From NCBI GenBank assembly GCA_047495785.1, contig JBLDXI010000009.1, positions 4,774,001 to 4,838,000 on the forward strand: DNA of 64,000 nt, in the 5' to 3' direction. The DNA comes from Lepidodermella squamata. Lineage: Eukaryota > Animalia > Gastrotricha. The notes under the pieces were generated by a model. That model was not told the DNA's origin. It made no database searches and was given only the letters and a program-made list of their open reading frames with translations. Both the position numbers and the translations under genes were made by a program. This document shows, in pieces, positions 36,202 through 46,713 of this stretch (its first letter is position 1; each line of letters begins with the position of its first letter).

Positions 36202-36959
36202 ATGCTGTTTTACAGTCCTTTGCTGATTTACGGCGGGGCAACTTTGGCTTACTCTTATGCATTGATTTATTCAATTGCCCACATCCCTATGCCAAGGCCT
36301 ATCCCTGGTTTTGGTCGAGTAGCAGGTAATCTTTCATTCCTAACTGCATGGAATCTGGTAAAGCCTTGTACAACTATTCGATGTTGGAATCTTTCAACCA
36401 GATCTTTAGGTTATCCAAATAATCTACAACGGAATTTCCCTTGCGGGGTTGTTCGGTTTAAAACCAAATGAATCCTCTGCCTTCAGCAACGCATTCGCTC
36501 TGGCTGTTTCCGGCCCGCTTGGATTATTCGTGGTCATCTCTTTCTGGACCCTGTATTCAATTGATAGGGAACTAGTCTCTCCGAAAGGCTGGCCTGGAAT
36601 TCCAGTTTGGTGGGATCCTGTAGCCCATTCCTTACCCTTAGCAACAATAATTATGGATCATTTCGTCACAAATCATCAATCCGATGAAAGCTACGTCAGA
36701 TATACAATCCTTTTCGGCGTTGTTTACATGCTTTGGTAAATAACGATTCATACTCTTAAATTTGACAATTTTTATCACTAAATTGCTTAGGTTTAATTAT
36801 CTCGGCTGGAAGAAGGATTATTGGCTGTACCCAGTCTTCACTCGCTTAAGTGGAGGTGACAAAACTTTGTTCACTATAGGCAGCATCACATTCTTCATTT
36901 TTTGCTATCATGTCAATGTACTTATTTCTGCGTTATTTTGGCAAAATATCAAAACTTGA
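36202..36959 (+). CDS. AIG1/ADTRP family, copy 3 (3 exons)
   Basis: FLTAWN, FWTLYSIDRELVSP, WWDPVAHSLP, YWLYPVF; same intron positions. Confidence 0.88.
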
Positions 36960-37266
36960 ATGGCTTTCATCTTCGTGATAATTAAAAGAAATCGCTTAAA
37001 TTTGAGGCTTGGCTCGCTTTCAGGGATTTCGGCCTGAAAAGGGACTATTAGCATTTTGGAAATGGCGGAAACACGTTCGCAATTTACTAGACATTTGTTA
37101 GTTATAGTAATAGTTAAGGCGCGAAAAAGTGGGGGATATAAAAGAACGATTTTCAGAATTTTCCGGCGCAATTGCGCTGTTTACAACACCCACTTCCTGA
37201 TCAGTTTTCAGTTCGCCTACATAAAAGCTACTTCTTTGCAATCAGCACATTCTCATTTCTGGAAAA

Positions 37267-37677
37267 ATGATGTACTCAACTTCAATTATTTGCTTCGGCG
37301 TCATTTGCGCCGCACTCAACTTCCAACAATCGCACTGCTACGGCTACGTTTATGGAAAGCTTCATCACAGACAAGTCACCTCAACAAAAGCTCCGGAGCA
37401 GCAAGCCCCGTTAATTTTACTGCGATCAGGAGGCCAGCTGCCTTCAAAACCATTCGTTTTCTCACCAAGTCGTAGGGTTTTCGAAGAAACTAAGAAGTTG
37501 GACGATAAGACTGTCGAGCTGTGCTTCCGATGCTTCGAAGTCGAACCTATCGAAGTAATTGGATATCCTGCTCAGCCAATGGACCTTCAAACTTACAAGG
37601 CCATGAAATGCATTCAGAAGCCGATAAAGGAGCGACTTATGTTTCTCAAAGGCTCCGGGTGCTTGAAGAGAGAGTGA
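37267..37677 (+). CDS. Small secreted protein, 4-Cys subfamily, member 1
   Basis: Signal peptide; CxxC ... C-x16-C; AATAAA at ~37709. Confidence 0.8.
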   Translation: MMYSTSIICFGVICAALNFQQSHCYGYVYGKLHHRQVTSTKAPEQQAPLILLRSGGQLPSKPFVFSPSRRVFEETKKLDDKTVELCFRCFEVEPIEVIGYPAQPMDLQTYKAMKCIQKPIKERLMFLKGSGCLKRE

Positions 37678-38546
37678 CATTATTAGGTATCGGTTAATAC
37701 ATGTCTCAAATAAAGCGGAAATAAAAGCATGATGCAGATGCCGCTGCCTAACTTTGTGTTCGCTTAATGGCAGTTTGCAGTTTACTGAGTTTTTCAAAAT
37801 TAGGAAAATAAGTCATCTGCTAGTGTTCATGGGCTACATATAAGGAATACTCCTCTGCTGAGAGAGTCGTTTGTAAACTTCTTGAACTGCTTTGCCATCG
37901 TCTTACAGTGGGTCCATGAACCCCTACGGAGTTTGATTCATGATTCACGATTGTTCTATCTTACTCAACTCTTCCTGTATCGGTGAATAATGTTTCTTAC
38001 GGCCACCTGACACCTTTTCATTCCCGTCTAATTTTCGGCGCAACAATAGTGTTACCAGTGCATCATTGAACCGATTGAAAGTCCATTTCTATAGCGCACG
38101 CTGATTGTTCAAGCATAGATGTTGTTATGACTCCCGCATGAAACAATGTGGTGACCTGATTTTTAAACCTTGAAAAAACTGAACGTCTACGACGGTCGAC
38201 AAGCGAGTCGTATTGTGCCCGGAAAGATATTCGAGGGGCTATTCTGTTGACCAATTACTCAGCCAATCGGACATGTCATCGACAATAAATCAAATGCCGA
38301 AGCGTCCCAATTCGTCCCCACAGATTAATGATAAGTTCCAAGAAGTTGGGCTAATCACTTGAAACAAACCATCGTGATAAGAAACAAGGTGCAAACCGCT
38401 AGCCTTATTTCTCATTATCTATTTGTGGTTAATTAGATCAATTATTACATTTGTTCTGCCCTTTAACTTACGAAGTAATTAGTAAATGACCTTTATTTTC
38501 TAATAAGCTTAATTCAGCATTAAGTAGTTGCCTCATTTGTTGAAAA

Positions 38547-38933
38547 ATGCTTATGAACGCCTTTCTACATTTTGCCGTGTTGCTCATCCTCGCATCCTCG
38601 AATTGCCTCACGGCAGTGGAGCAGCCGAAATCTTCGAAGATCATTCCAATCTCCCTTAAGAACGACAATCGCCCGCTGGGGAATCCAATATATCCTGGTA
38701 AGCAGTTTTGGCGGTCTTTTCTCACGTGGATAGATAAGCAGACCCGTCGGAGGTGTGGCGAATGCTATGGCGTTGACAGTATTCCATCGCAGCATTTCGC
38801 TGAGATCTATCGAAAGTTTTACTTCTTCAAAGCACTTCACGTCGAATCGATGCTCGCGTTTGATTGTGCGAATCTTCCTCTCATCAAAAGGGTATCCATG
38901 CTGAAAAGCTTGAACTGTCAGCTGTTATATTGA
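38547..38933 (+). CDS. Small secreted protein, 4-Cys subfamily, member 2
   Basis: Signal peptide; CGECYGVDSIP ... CANLPLIKRVSMLKSLNC. Confidence 0.85.
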   Translation: MLMNAFLHFAVLLILASSNCLTAVEQPKSSKIIPISLKNDNRPLGNPIYPGKQFWRSFLTWIDKQTRRRCGECYGVDSIPSQHFAEIYRKFYFFKALHVESMLAFDCANLPLIKRVSMLKSLNCQLLY

Positions 38934-40562
38934 GCTATTCATTTATTTATTCATGAGCTATACATCCAGGTGATAAAATCGTTGGAAAGCTCAGCTGAAT
39001 GTTCAGTTATGTATTGGAAATAAATTCAACCGTTAACCCTTTCATGGCGGAATTATTAAATTGCGGGAGAAAATATTTGACCGCAGTTAGGGGTTTCAAA
39101 GGCCCTGATCTCGATTTTGAAATCCGTTTGTCTCTATCTATCACCGTTATGGCTGTACAAAAACTGGCTGAAGTCGTCCTATCCGCCCAGCTGATTGCAG
39201 GCGATTTTTCGAACATCCTAAGTTTGTGTCAGGTGCCTTCAGCTTTGGAATTTTAAATTCTAAATTTCTCCCATGAATGTCCCTAAGATTCTCCCTCACT
39301 AATAGGTATCACTGAAAAATTTAGTTTAAAAGCGGCTCAGCATTCAGGTCAGAATTCAGTTTTTCCAGTTTTTTTGTTGTATCAAAAATGATCAGAAATT
39401 CCAAGCTAAAAAAAGGAAATTTCAATGTCAGGTTGACTATTTTAAAATTGCTAGTGTGCCCTGACCGTGCAAGATAACGGTTTCCTGGTCTTAAAACCTT
39501 GTAGCCAATATTGAAAAGCAATATTCCTCACAAGGGCGATCAAGAATTCATCAAATTCAATTTTCTGCAGATTTTCAAAGTCGAAACTCCGAAATCGATC
39601 GAGATGATTCATCAAAAGTTCTCGCTATCTTGGTCGCCTGACCACACGGTCAAACGCATCCGACAAGTGATTCAGAGGGCTTCTCTACTTCAACCCAATT
39701 TATCTCAAATGACCTGCCCCTTAATTTCGACGGGGAAAATGGGGCATTTTCTTCCCCATCTTAGCGCTCATCCGACCGCAATTTTCTGACCGGTGAATTG
39801 TTTTCGGTAGATAAAATCGGAAAGAGACACCTTTTGAACAGTGATCCTTGCTGCTTTCTGAGGTTTGAGAAATTCCAGAGAAATAACTCGAAGAACGCCG
39901 GGCTGGAGGTTGCCCAATTAGAAATACTACCGTGCCAGATCTATCTTTTTTATCTATCCTTCGATATTCCTCGACTCCTTCTTCATTGCCGCTGGAGGCA
40001 ACATGTGTTCCACCTCCTGACACATCCTTGGGGTGAACTTGATAATTGAACAGGGCAATGCTTCGGCAATGTTTCAAAGGTTCGCTGCAGTCTATGTCTA
40101 AGTAAACCATTTCTCATTCGATTTCATGCTTTTAAGCTATTTTCATAGCAATGGAGTTCTGATGATTCAACATTTTCAGAGTGAACTTTTGAGACACCGA
40201 CACTTCTCGTGATCGATTCGCAGTGGACTGTGCTAATTTTAGTAGCATCAATCGGTCGCCAGCTGTATACTAAAAAGGACATCCATTCCAAGCAATTTCA
40301 CTAGAGTGCTGCTCATCTTCCATGTTGCCATACTATACGTCACGCATTGCGTATCGTCGCAGCAGCTGAATTAATATGACAAGGGTAGACGGTGGACGCT
40401 TCCACGGTGTTAAATTTAGCACGCGGCACGTGGCGCTAAAAACAACGTGGAAAAAATGCGGCGTGACGTGGGCGCAAAAACCAATCTCCTTAATTTGATC
40501 ATGAAAAGATGCACGAAAATTCACCATCAGACAAACATATCGCAATATTTGATAAACCTGAA

Positions 40563-40922
40563 ATGGTCATCCTGCCCATCATGGCTATAACTCTACAAAT
40601 CCTCTTAATCCTAGCTTCAGTCACTCTTGCATATCCAAAACCGAAATTTGCAGTTATCGACAAACGCGAAGAAGTTATTGTACCGAGCCGGCAGAACCAG
40701 CTATTCCGCTTCTATTTCTCAAACCAAATTCAAGATATGACAAAAGACGCTTGCTTCAAATGCTTCACCAGGCAAGAAGACTATTCGGTTCAGCATAAAT
40801 ATTTCCGATTCGCAACAGCTGGCAATAATGTGAACGACAACTCGAAAGCTACAAGATGCTCACTACTGCCTGTCGCTAATCGTATGGCATTGCTTCAAAG
40901 CGCTAAGTGTCCGGTCTTTTGA
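40563..40922 (+). CDS. Small secreted protein, 4-Cys subfamily, member 3 (start 40563 or 40581)
   Basis: Signal peptide; CFKCF ... CSLLPVANRMALLQSAKC; AATAAA at ~40986. Confidence 0.8.
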   Translation: MVILPIMAITLQILLILASVTLAYPKPKFAVIDKREEVIVPSRQNQLFRFYFSNQIQDMTKDACFKCFTRQEDYSVQHKYFRFATAGNNVNDNSKATRCSLLPVANRMALLQSAKCPVF

Positions 40923-41057
40923 GACAATCATACCTCTGATAATGTAATTGAATGTGGCATATTTTTCTAACAAGATAGGATCGGAAATAAAAGACGCATA
41001 TGACACGCGAGTTTTTTGTACAAAATCCGGTGATTTTTATCAAAGTTCAAGTTAAAA

Positions 41058-41411
41058 ATGAACATATTCGCTACATCAGTTGTGATTTGCCTGTTATTGG
41101 CTCAGTGCTACTCGTTAAGCGAGGAGGACGTCGTTGATTCTGCCAAAAAACTGGACGAACTTACGCCTCAGCAGCCTGCTCGAAAACTACGAAGCTCCGT
41201 GCGGATTTGGCTGCAAAAGCAGACCAAGGAAGCTTGCGCCAAGTGCTACAACGTGGCAGCTATCCCTGGTAAAGACTACGCTGCCGTTTACGAGCAACTG
41301 CGCTTCTTTAAGGGGCTGCACGCCGACATGGCCAATGCGTGGCATTGCGCCAATCTACCGCTGTACGCTCGCATCAGATTTTTGAACCACGAAATGTGCC
41401 AGCTCACATGA
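41058..41411 (+). CDS. Small secreted protein, 4-Cys subfamily, member 4
   Basis: Signal peptide; CAKCYNVAAIP ... CANLPLYARIRFLNHEMC; closest to member 2. Confidence 0.85.
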   Translation: MNIFATSVVICLLLAQCYSLSEEDVVDSAKKLDELTPQQPARKLRSSVRIWLQKQTKEACAKCYNVAAIPGKDYAAVYEQLRFFKGLHADMANAWHCANLPLYARIRFLNHEMCQLT

Positions 41412-43144
41412 ATTGCGTTGGCTTTGTAACTATAACTCCGCTTTCAGAGAAAGCCGAAAATAAGCTGAAAATTTAAAAATTTCTTGTTTGCTGTTTTCGA
41501 TGGTTTCCTGAATCATAGGAGTAACCTTTATATCCTCTGTTTAGTTGGTTATACAATTTTCTTTTCTGAATAATAAAGACAATTTCAATAAGACAGTCAT
41601 TGTTTTCGAATCGATGGACTCTATGGAACGCTCTCCCCATTCCCGATTCAGTGTGCGAAGTAGGATTCTGAAGCTGAGGCGTTTTCAGATGCGCCCAGCC
41701 GAAAAAAGACAAAGAAGTTCGCAAGGTCAAGTTGGAAACGTCCAAATGGTCCCAGGGTGCCCTTTAGTCATAAAATTCGGGCCTGAAAATACCCTTAGTT
41801 CGAGGATCCAACTTCGCCACTGAATCGAAGGTTCCTGTGTTTTTTTCGCCATTCCTAAGGTTGGAATCTTGCAGGTAGGGTGTCGCGTCACCCCTGTACA
41901 CTTCGCCCATTCCATTTATCCGCATTAGATTCCCCTGTTTTTACCCAATATACCCTGCTTTCTCCCAAGATCCAGCAGTTTCCAACAGCAGCAATATCTC
42001 TTAGTACAGACTACGATGATCAAAATTGAAGGGTCAGTTTACCTATTTTGTTAAAATTTAATACGTTTTTGTCAGTTTATCTGAATCTTGGATCCCAACT
42101 TCTTGTGTACGCTAGAAATCTTCACAGAACAGCATTCAGAATCTCATAGAGATTGAGATCATTATTTCCTCCTCCCTTTCATATGGTCCACATTCTTTTG
42201 AAGGTTTTGCGATGCATATCGGACGCAGATAGTTTTGCAGCTGTCGCGTCTTAGATCTCAAATTACATTTCTGTACTCTGGCTGTTAAGCTAATTAATAC
42301 TGACCGGGTACAAAAAGGCCTTGAGACCTTATCCCGGAACGTGTCTTGGGTGGTGTAGCTTATATCAGGTTGTAATCAAGTTTACGTCGCTCCTAGAACG
42401 TCATGACACGCATGTTTTAGGAACAGACAGTCAAACTTCGTCACACTCAAAGCGATTGATTTTGCAAAGTTATGATATTTTTTGACATTTTCGAAGCCAT
42501 ATACTTAGTCCAGCGATGAAATTATGAAGGCGAAATAACTGAACCTACTGCGGAATATTCGCATGTTTTGAATGGACCATAAGCTGCTCCGAACAGGGGG
42601 GACCTTTTATAGTTAATGATAACCTTTCTCTTCTATTTTTTCTGCAATTTTCAAATTTCGAAAATGGAAATATGCAAGCTAGTCACCAGACCCTACAGTA
42701 TCAAAACATCGATATATTTCGTTCTCAATTGGACACCTACCTTTCGACTAGGGACTCGGCTATATTTCCTTGAATTGTGTTTATTTTTGATGGCATAAAT
42801 CATCGTTGATTGTTTTTGAAAGTTCGCGCCCATCTTTTTAACCAATTTCGGGAAAATTACCGAAGTGTTTCTCACAGCGTCTCCCGGCTGGAACAAATTA
42901 AATATAACTATCGCAGCTATTTTTACAAGAAAATTAGGCATCCTAATTTGATTTTCTAGCATGATTGACAGTCAGCCACGTGCTGAAAAGTTCAAAAGAC
43001 AATTGATAAATAAAGCAATTACGAGCTTCAAACAAACGCATGTTTTTATTCAAACTGTCAATAAATAAAAATGATCAAAACTTAAACTGCCAGTTAGTCG
43101 AGTTTTGAGAGTAGCGCCATTCGGAAATTTGAGCTTTCCGTTTA

Positions 43145-45958
43145 TCAATTTGGTCCCAAGTAAAATAGGAGAGGCTTCCGTTTGGGTTCCATCAAACCGT
43201 CGAGCCGAAATGACTTCCTGTATGAAATTGAAATTATTTCAACGATGTCTGAAACATAAATTTCAAGCGTACAAAATTGCCGTGTAGCGAGTTCGAATTT
43301 TCGAAGATGTGGCTGCAGTCAGAGCTTCGGAATGGATGGTCCTAGCTAGGCCGGCTAATTCGATAGACGAGTAGCCGGTGTGGTGAGCAGCCACGCGTGA
43401 CCATGCGCGGCCTGGCTGAGCGAGGAGTAGAGCCAAGCGGAGACAACCAGCGGCTAGTCTGCTCTCGAGTTCGGTACAAAATCGAGGGACCAGGAGACAA
43501 GATTCGAGGAAAAACCGGGAAAGGTAGAAAATTTCGACCGGAACTTGCAAACACTAAAAAATCAGAAAATAGGTTTCCAAAGTTGAGAAAATTTTCAAAA
43601 ATTTTCAAAAATAGATCTGAATAATTTTCTCATAAATATCAAAATTTTCAATTTTTTCAATTCGAGATCAAAATTTTTTCAATTTTATTACTTTACGAAT
43701 TTTGATGAAATATATTGGGGGAAATATCCCGTGAAAGTTGGAGCTTACATTGACATATCGGACAAGAAAGTTGAAGCTGAGCGGAAAAAATAGTTTGAAG
43801 TCATTTTTCCGCAGCAACTCGAGTTCCATTTCGAAAATTTCTTCAGGCAAATGAACGAAACCGTACTGGCTTTGGCCGAGTTCTAGTATCGACATTTTCA
43901 CGCTTGACCGGTTTTCGTAGAGCTTCAGACCGATGAGAAAGGCAGCGCATGCAGCTAGGCAATACAGGGATGGGTTCAGTCGCGAATTTGTTTTGGCTAC
44001 AGCACGATCGAGCAGTTTTACGGCAAAATAAAATACCTGAAAATGGTATATAATTATTGAAATTCATTAATTCAAAAAATTTAATAAATTCAAAATTTTG
44101 AAGCGAAATTTGCCGTTCATAAACATTGTTGAGTTTTCTTGAGACAAAATTTCTTCTCCGAAATGCCTTCACAAAAATCGATTTTGAAAATTTTCGATTT
44201 TTTATCGATTCAACGCCATCAAAATTTAAAATTCTCTTTGTGTAGCAACCTCATGGGGCGTCTCGTACTGAGCTCGCATAGCCGAAAGCCATTCAACAAC
44301 ACCAGCTCGCAGCGTTTCTGGCACATCGAAGTGGTGCCCGAGCAGCGGCGAATCGTCCAGTTTGAAGTCGGTCTCGCGTTGCCGAGACGTGGCGATTTGC
44401 AGAGCAGCGTAGCGAGGCATTTCAGCGTAGTCGTTCTTGCGAATGTTCTCCGCATCGAAATCGAACCAATCGGCGTCATTCTTCAAATCGCCAACCTGCT
44501 CGCCGCGAATACGATCGTCCTCGTCGAGAATTGCTTGGAAAATTGACTCTTGAATAACAGGCGGTAGATGGCCGAAATCACTGCGAAATGGAAATATACC
44601 ATGGAAATTTCATAAATAATAATTGAATTCTCAGGCCCTGAGCCGTAGGAACAGATGAAATCGGGTTAGGAATAGAAGCAGAAACAAGTGGTAATTCATA
44701 AAATCAGCATTCATCCATCAAGGTTGGGAAAATCTTACGCCGGTACCAAATTTCATTTAATTCAATACATAACCATTTTATTCGTTTTTTAACTGGTTAG
44801 GGCTAGGGTTAGGGTTAGGTTAGGGTTGAAGACTGGGTCTTCAAATTGGGGATTTGGAACTGTTTGGAATAATTTGGTACGGAATTCAATGATGTTTGGT
44901 ACTGAATTCAATAATTTGGTAATGATTTCACTATATCCCTCAAGGTCAGGTGACTTTCCAATTATTTTCGAATAAAATTACTTATAAATAATATCCAATG
45001 ATTTCGATTGATTTCCAGCTGAGGATAGAAAAATGTCTCCATCTTCCAAAATTATTCGAATTACTAAAATTGAAACATTTTTTTGAAAAATTCTCCCTTT
45101 TTCTAAACTTTCACTCAATTTTTCATGATTTTCCAATCAGCATATATATATATATCTCCTATAATTTCTCCCCTACAGGGTGTTCAAGAAATAATAGCTA
45201 GCTGTTTAGCAAAGCGCGTGCCAAAAGCAGCAATGCTATTTATAACTAGCTATTATTTCTTGAACACCCTGTACAATATGGCCATGTCTATTCCGATAAA
45301 TTTAAACAAATTTCTTAACTCGAATTCAAATTTTAGATTTCAAATTAAATATAAATTCGAGTCTTGCTTTTATTAGGACAAAATTATAGAAAATTGTGTA
45401 ACAAATTAATTCACTAGAAAAGCTTGTTCAATTTTTTGCTAGAAGATTGCTGATTCACCATTCGAAATGTGGATAAATTAGCATAAAAATCAGCATCGCT
45501 TATTGCTCCTACGATTTGGTTAAAAAAAATTGGAAAAATGAATGGTGGGCGTTTCGAGCTAAACTCTTGGAATTCGGTTATGTTAACAGCTACATAATAT
45601 TCAAAAATCTAAAATGGCAATAATTCTCAAGATATCAATTGGGAAAACTGAAAAATAATAACCAATGGTGAATTTTTAAAAATAAAACTAACCTGATTGT
45701 GATGGCAGGAATGATTTTAGATTTAGATTGTTGATTCTCCGGACCATCAGCGTCACTTCGGTCATAACGCAGGTGTTTTCCAGCGCCAGGATCGTAAGCT
45801 GAGTCATTGAGACTTTCATCCGAATTTTCGATCGCAATCAAATTTTCGTGCTCCTCGGCAATCACAGCCAAACCAGGCGGGCGACAGGCAGGTGTGAATT
45901 TCGTGCTCGATTTCTTACTCGGAGCCAGCCGCTTATTTTTATTCGAAATCGATGCCAT
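43145..45958 (-). CDS. Divergent A/B-type cyclin (4-5 exons)
   Basis: Spliced reading gives LRAGVVEWL..E|VFYFAVKLLDR..AAFLIGLKLYE..IFEMELELL..F.L..PLSFNFL.RY (cyclin box) and RFFLE..SRLAAGCL.LA..W..HTGYS (C-terminal cyclin fold). The final exon 43218-43145 is tentative; without it the stop is at 43263. Confidence 0.8.
44795..44827 (+). repeat. Short degenerate (TTAGGG)n tract inside a small intronic element
   Basis: GGTTAGGGCTAGGGTTAGGGTTAGGTTAGGGTT flanked by inverted GTACCAAATT/AATTTGGTAC words. Confidence 0.7.
45176..45271. mobile_element. 96-bp Tc1/mariner-type MITE in cyclin intron 1
   Basis: TA|CAGGGTGTTCAAGAAATAATAGCTAG .. CTAGCTATTATTTCTTGAACACCCTG|TA; perfect 26-bp TIR and TA TSD. 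Confidence 0.9.
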
Positions 45959-46713
45959 GTTGTTAAGAATTGTTGAAAAAAATCAGGTGTTAACCTTGGT
46001 CGGTTGTGATTTAAAATGTTTTCGAAAACGTTTGCGGAAGCCTTGTTTTAATAATGGCGAGATAATCGCATGAAAAGCTGCTGTCGTTTTAACGAGCCAC
46101 ATTTTTCTGGCGGCGCGTGCGTGACCCAGCACACGCGACCTGACTGGTCATAAAAATGAATGGGGCTAGTCATAAAAGCGAGAGAAGACAAAAACGGCTC
46201 ATCATTAAGCGCGCGCTACGTTAAAATAGGTCGGCCACTCATTAACAAATACAACAGCGATTCCGGTTTGCGCTGTGAGACAGGCCGGATGTTGAGGGCC
46301 ATAGAAGCCAGCCACAATTGACACAGAAAAACAGGAACTTGAAAACGTGCGGTTTGATTACTACCATAAAATGTCGCCACGATGAGACACATTTTCAAAA
46401 AAGGTGGAAAATGTTAGAATTTAGCAACAATTTGTTTCGAAAATTCCTCCTTAATTAAAACACATTATTTTCGTATTATTAATTATCAAAATAAATCGGA
46501 TTTACCTAAATTATTTTCACGAGGAGTGGCAATTTTTTTAGAATTATTTTATTTTATTTTTCTCGAGTACGAAATGCAGTTGGACGTGAATGAAGAATTG
46601 TGGGAGTAATTACTCATCACGTATCAGCCAGGTGTGACTTACACTTCACGCCTTCGTAGTACTTCGCCCTCATCAACTCGACAGGCAACAAAGATGAAAT
46701 AACTGCTAGTTGA

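Noticed and set aside
39721-40110. 129-aa minus-strand ORF, or a decayed member of the 4-Cys family (QCFKG)
   Set aside because: Similarity is limited to a few residues and the other family blocks were not found.
44795-44827. True telomere or chromosome end
   Set aside because: Only about 33 bp, degenerate and inside an intron.
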